Positions 61,455 through 64,000 of a DNA stretch of 64,000 nucleotides are shown piece by piece. This stretch comes from the human T2T-CHM13v2.0 reference genome, Homo sapiens. The position numbers and the translations under genes were made by a program. Position 1 is the first letter of the stretch. The number at the start of each line of letters is the position of its first letter. Below the pieces are notes generated by a model. That model was not told the DNA's origin. It ran no database searches and worked only from the letters and a program-made list of their open reading frames with translations. Where the stretch lies: NCBI RefSeq assembly GCF_009914755.1, contig NC_060928.1, one strand, 5' to 3'.

Positions 61455-61630
61455 TTTTCTTTTTTTTTAAAAGAAATGTGGTCTTGCTATGTTGCTCAGG
61501 TTCAAATGCAGTAGCTATCACAGGCATGATCAGAGCACACTGTAGCCTTGAACTCCTGGCCTCAAGCAATAATCCTGCTTCAGCCTACGAAGTGGCTGGG
61601 AATAAACAGGCATATGCCACTGAGCCCCAC
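61455..61630 (-). mobile_element. FAM-like fossil Alu monomer
   Basis: gcagtagctatcacaggcatgatcagagcacactgtagccttgaactcctgg retains the 7SL-derived segment typical of FAM. Confidence 0.75.
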
Positions 61631-62346
61631 TCAAACAAGTCACATTTAAAAGGACTTAAATATCACATAAATACAGAATAAGCAGAAGCAACCAGAGGGA
61701 AGACTTGAGAAAGAATCATCATCAGGTAGCATACATCATAACTTATGCAGAATGCAAGTATAAGACAATAAAAAGTTGGTAGAGTTAAAACATTAGAAAG
61801 CTCAATACAGTAGTCAATTATCTGCACCATAGCTATAGAGGAACAAGGACCTAGAGGCAGCTCTAACAGTGTATTACAGAACAAAAGATTCCTCTTTTTA
61901 GCTTATAACAGATGCACGGTAATAGCTGCATAATTAACATTAAAAGTCCCCTCTCCCCTAAATAAATCACATCCCATCCTATACATTCTTCTTTCTAAAA
62001 GCAGTTATCTTTTACTAAGTAAGACATATCACTTTCCTTTTCTTTCACAATTAAGTCATACACCATTGTGTCTACTAAAACCACACATTTTACAGTATCA
62101 GTAACATTTCACCTAAAATGCAGAACCAAGTAACTAAAATCTGACCTTTGAACTTCAATTTCTACCAAGTAACTATAGATTACCAATAATATATAATTAA
62201 ACTAAGGTCATGTGGTAAGTCTAAGAAGGCCTACTTTGGATAATTCTAAATTTGGATGACATAAGCCTGCACTAGCAAAGTCTTCTATCTAATAGCAGAA
62301 AATGGCAAGCAGAGGACTAAAAGCGTCATTAAAGATATAGTACTTA

Positions 62347-62541
<195 letters not shown>

Positions 62542-63637
62542 CTATCAAATAATTTCACATTTAAATTAATTCTATTCTGCCTGCATATCAAGTATATGTA
62601 ACATAAAGCACTTTATCTCATTCTAATGATTTAAAACCAAATCCAATTAGGCAAATGACTATAAGACTTGTGATTCAAAACTTGTAACAAGACAAGCTCT
62701 CTAAACCAAGGAACAGTTATGTGTAATACTGATATGACACACACCCAAGTTGGGTAGACACAATCAGGAATACACTCGACAGTGTGACTATCCCATCATG
62801 AAGTATTTCTCTATGCAATTTTAAAAAATCCAACTTACAACAAATTCTACTTTATAACAAACGTTTCTAAGAAAGTGTAACTTTTAAATTCTTACATAAT
62901 TTGAGTTGCAAAATCAAGTGGAAATCATACCCCCTTGTAACTCTGAAGCTGTACTTTTATTTAATTCAATTCAAATTTGGTTTATAAGCCAGCAGAACCT
63001 AACTCTTAGCACCCAACTCTTTTGTAATCCTATCCTTTCCCCCTCAGGAGCAGTATGCACAATGGTAGCACCTTAGGTACCATCTTAAAATCAATTTTAA
63101 GAACTGCCAGTCTCAAATTTAACAGGACCTAGAGCAGCACCACTTCGTTAAGGGCAGCCAAAGGGTTGGGGGACCCCCAAGCACAAGTTAAATTGGTTGC
63201 CATGACGGCAGTACATTTTCCCCCAGTTCCATTATCAATATAAGCTAATGGATTCCCCAATTTTACAGTTTTCCAGTCACTTAACTGGAAAAGAACCATG
63301 GGAAAAATGTAAGTGCTCACCATATTATATGGAAATCCACTGCTAGAAGAGCATAACTGGTTTACATCAAAGCTTCCAAACGCCTATCAAACTCTAATGC
63401 TACAGGAAACATGGAGTTTTCTGCACAGTATCAGTACAGTAAAACTGATAAGGAATATTGGTGGCTGCACTATTATTACATTTTAGTTAGGTTGCTTCTG
63501 CAATTGGGGGTAACTTGTCACTAACAAATATCTGAAAGGGAGGGTAATTATGCTGATTCTCTAAAATCATATATATCTTTAAAACACTTTAAATGAACAA
63601 AAATAACTAAAGAAGTAGTATCTATCGGGTTCTGTAA

Positions 63638-64000
<363 letters not shown>

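Overview
Human (primate) genomic DNA containing the 3' three-quarters of the spliceosomal DEAH-box helicase gene DHX15 (Prp43 orthologue) on the minus strand. Twelve coding exons were reconstructed by hand from GT-AG boundaries (exons 3-14 by standard numbering, 62541 down to the TGA at 19638). Their phases are all compatible and the frame is open throughout. A ~450-nt 3'UTR ends with AATAAA at 19204-19209, followed by ~19 kb of downstream sequence. The rest is typical repeat landscape: over 20 Alu/FLAM/FAM copies (many with visible TSDs), a 7SL pseudogene, MLT1 LTRs, L1/L2/MIR relics and MER58/MER44/Tigger3/Charlie DNA transposons. Most short ORFs in the track are Alu-derived or chance. The most interesting unexplained signal is in intron 10, where I recognise no transposable element. 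It holds three nested complementary helices (two of them long-range) that enclose a candidate PTC-containing 31-nt poison exon and reach a distal branch point of exon 11. This could be an RNA-structure-based autoregulatory switch for an RNA helicase (inference, untested). A candidate chain of downstream alternative/terminal exons (12982-13055, ~9125-9345) is also noted. Repeat subfamily calls and boundaries are by eye.
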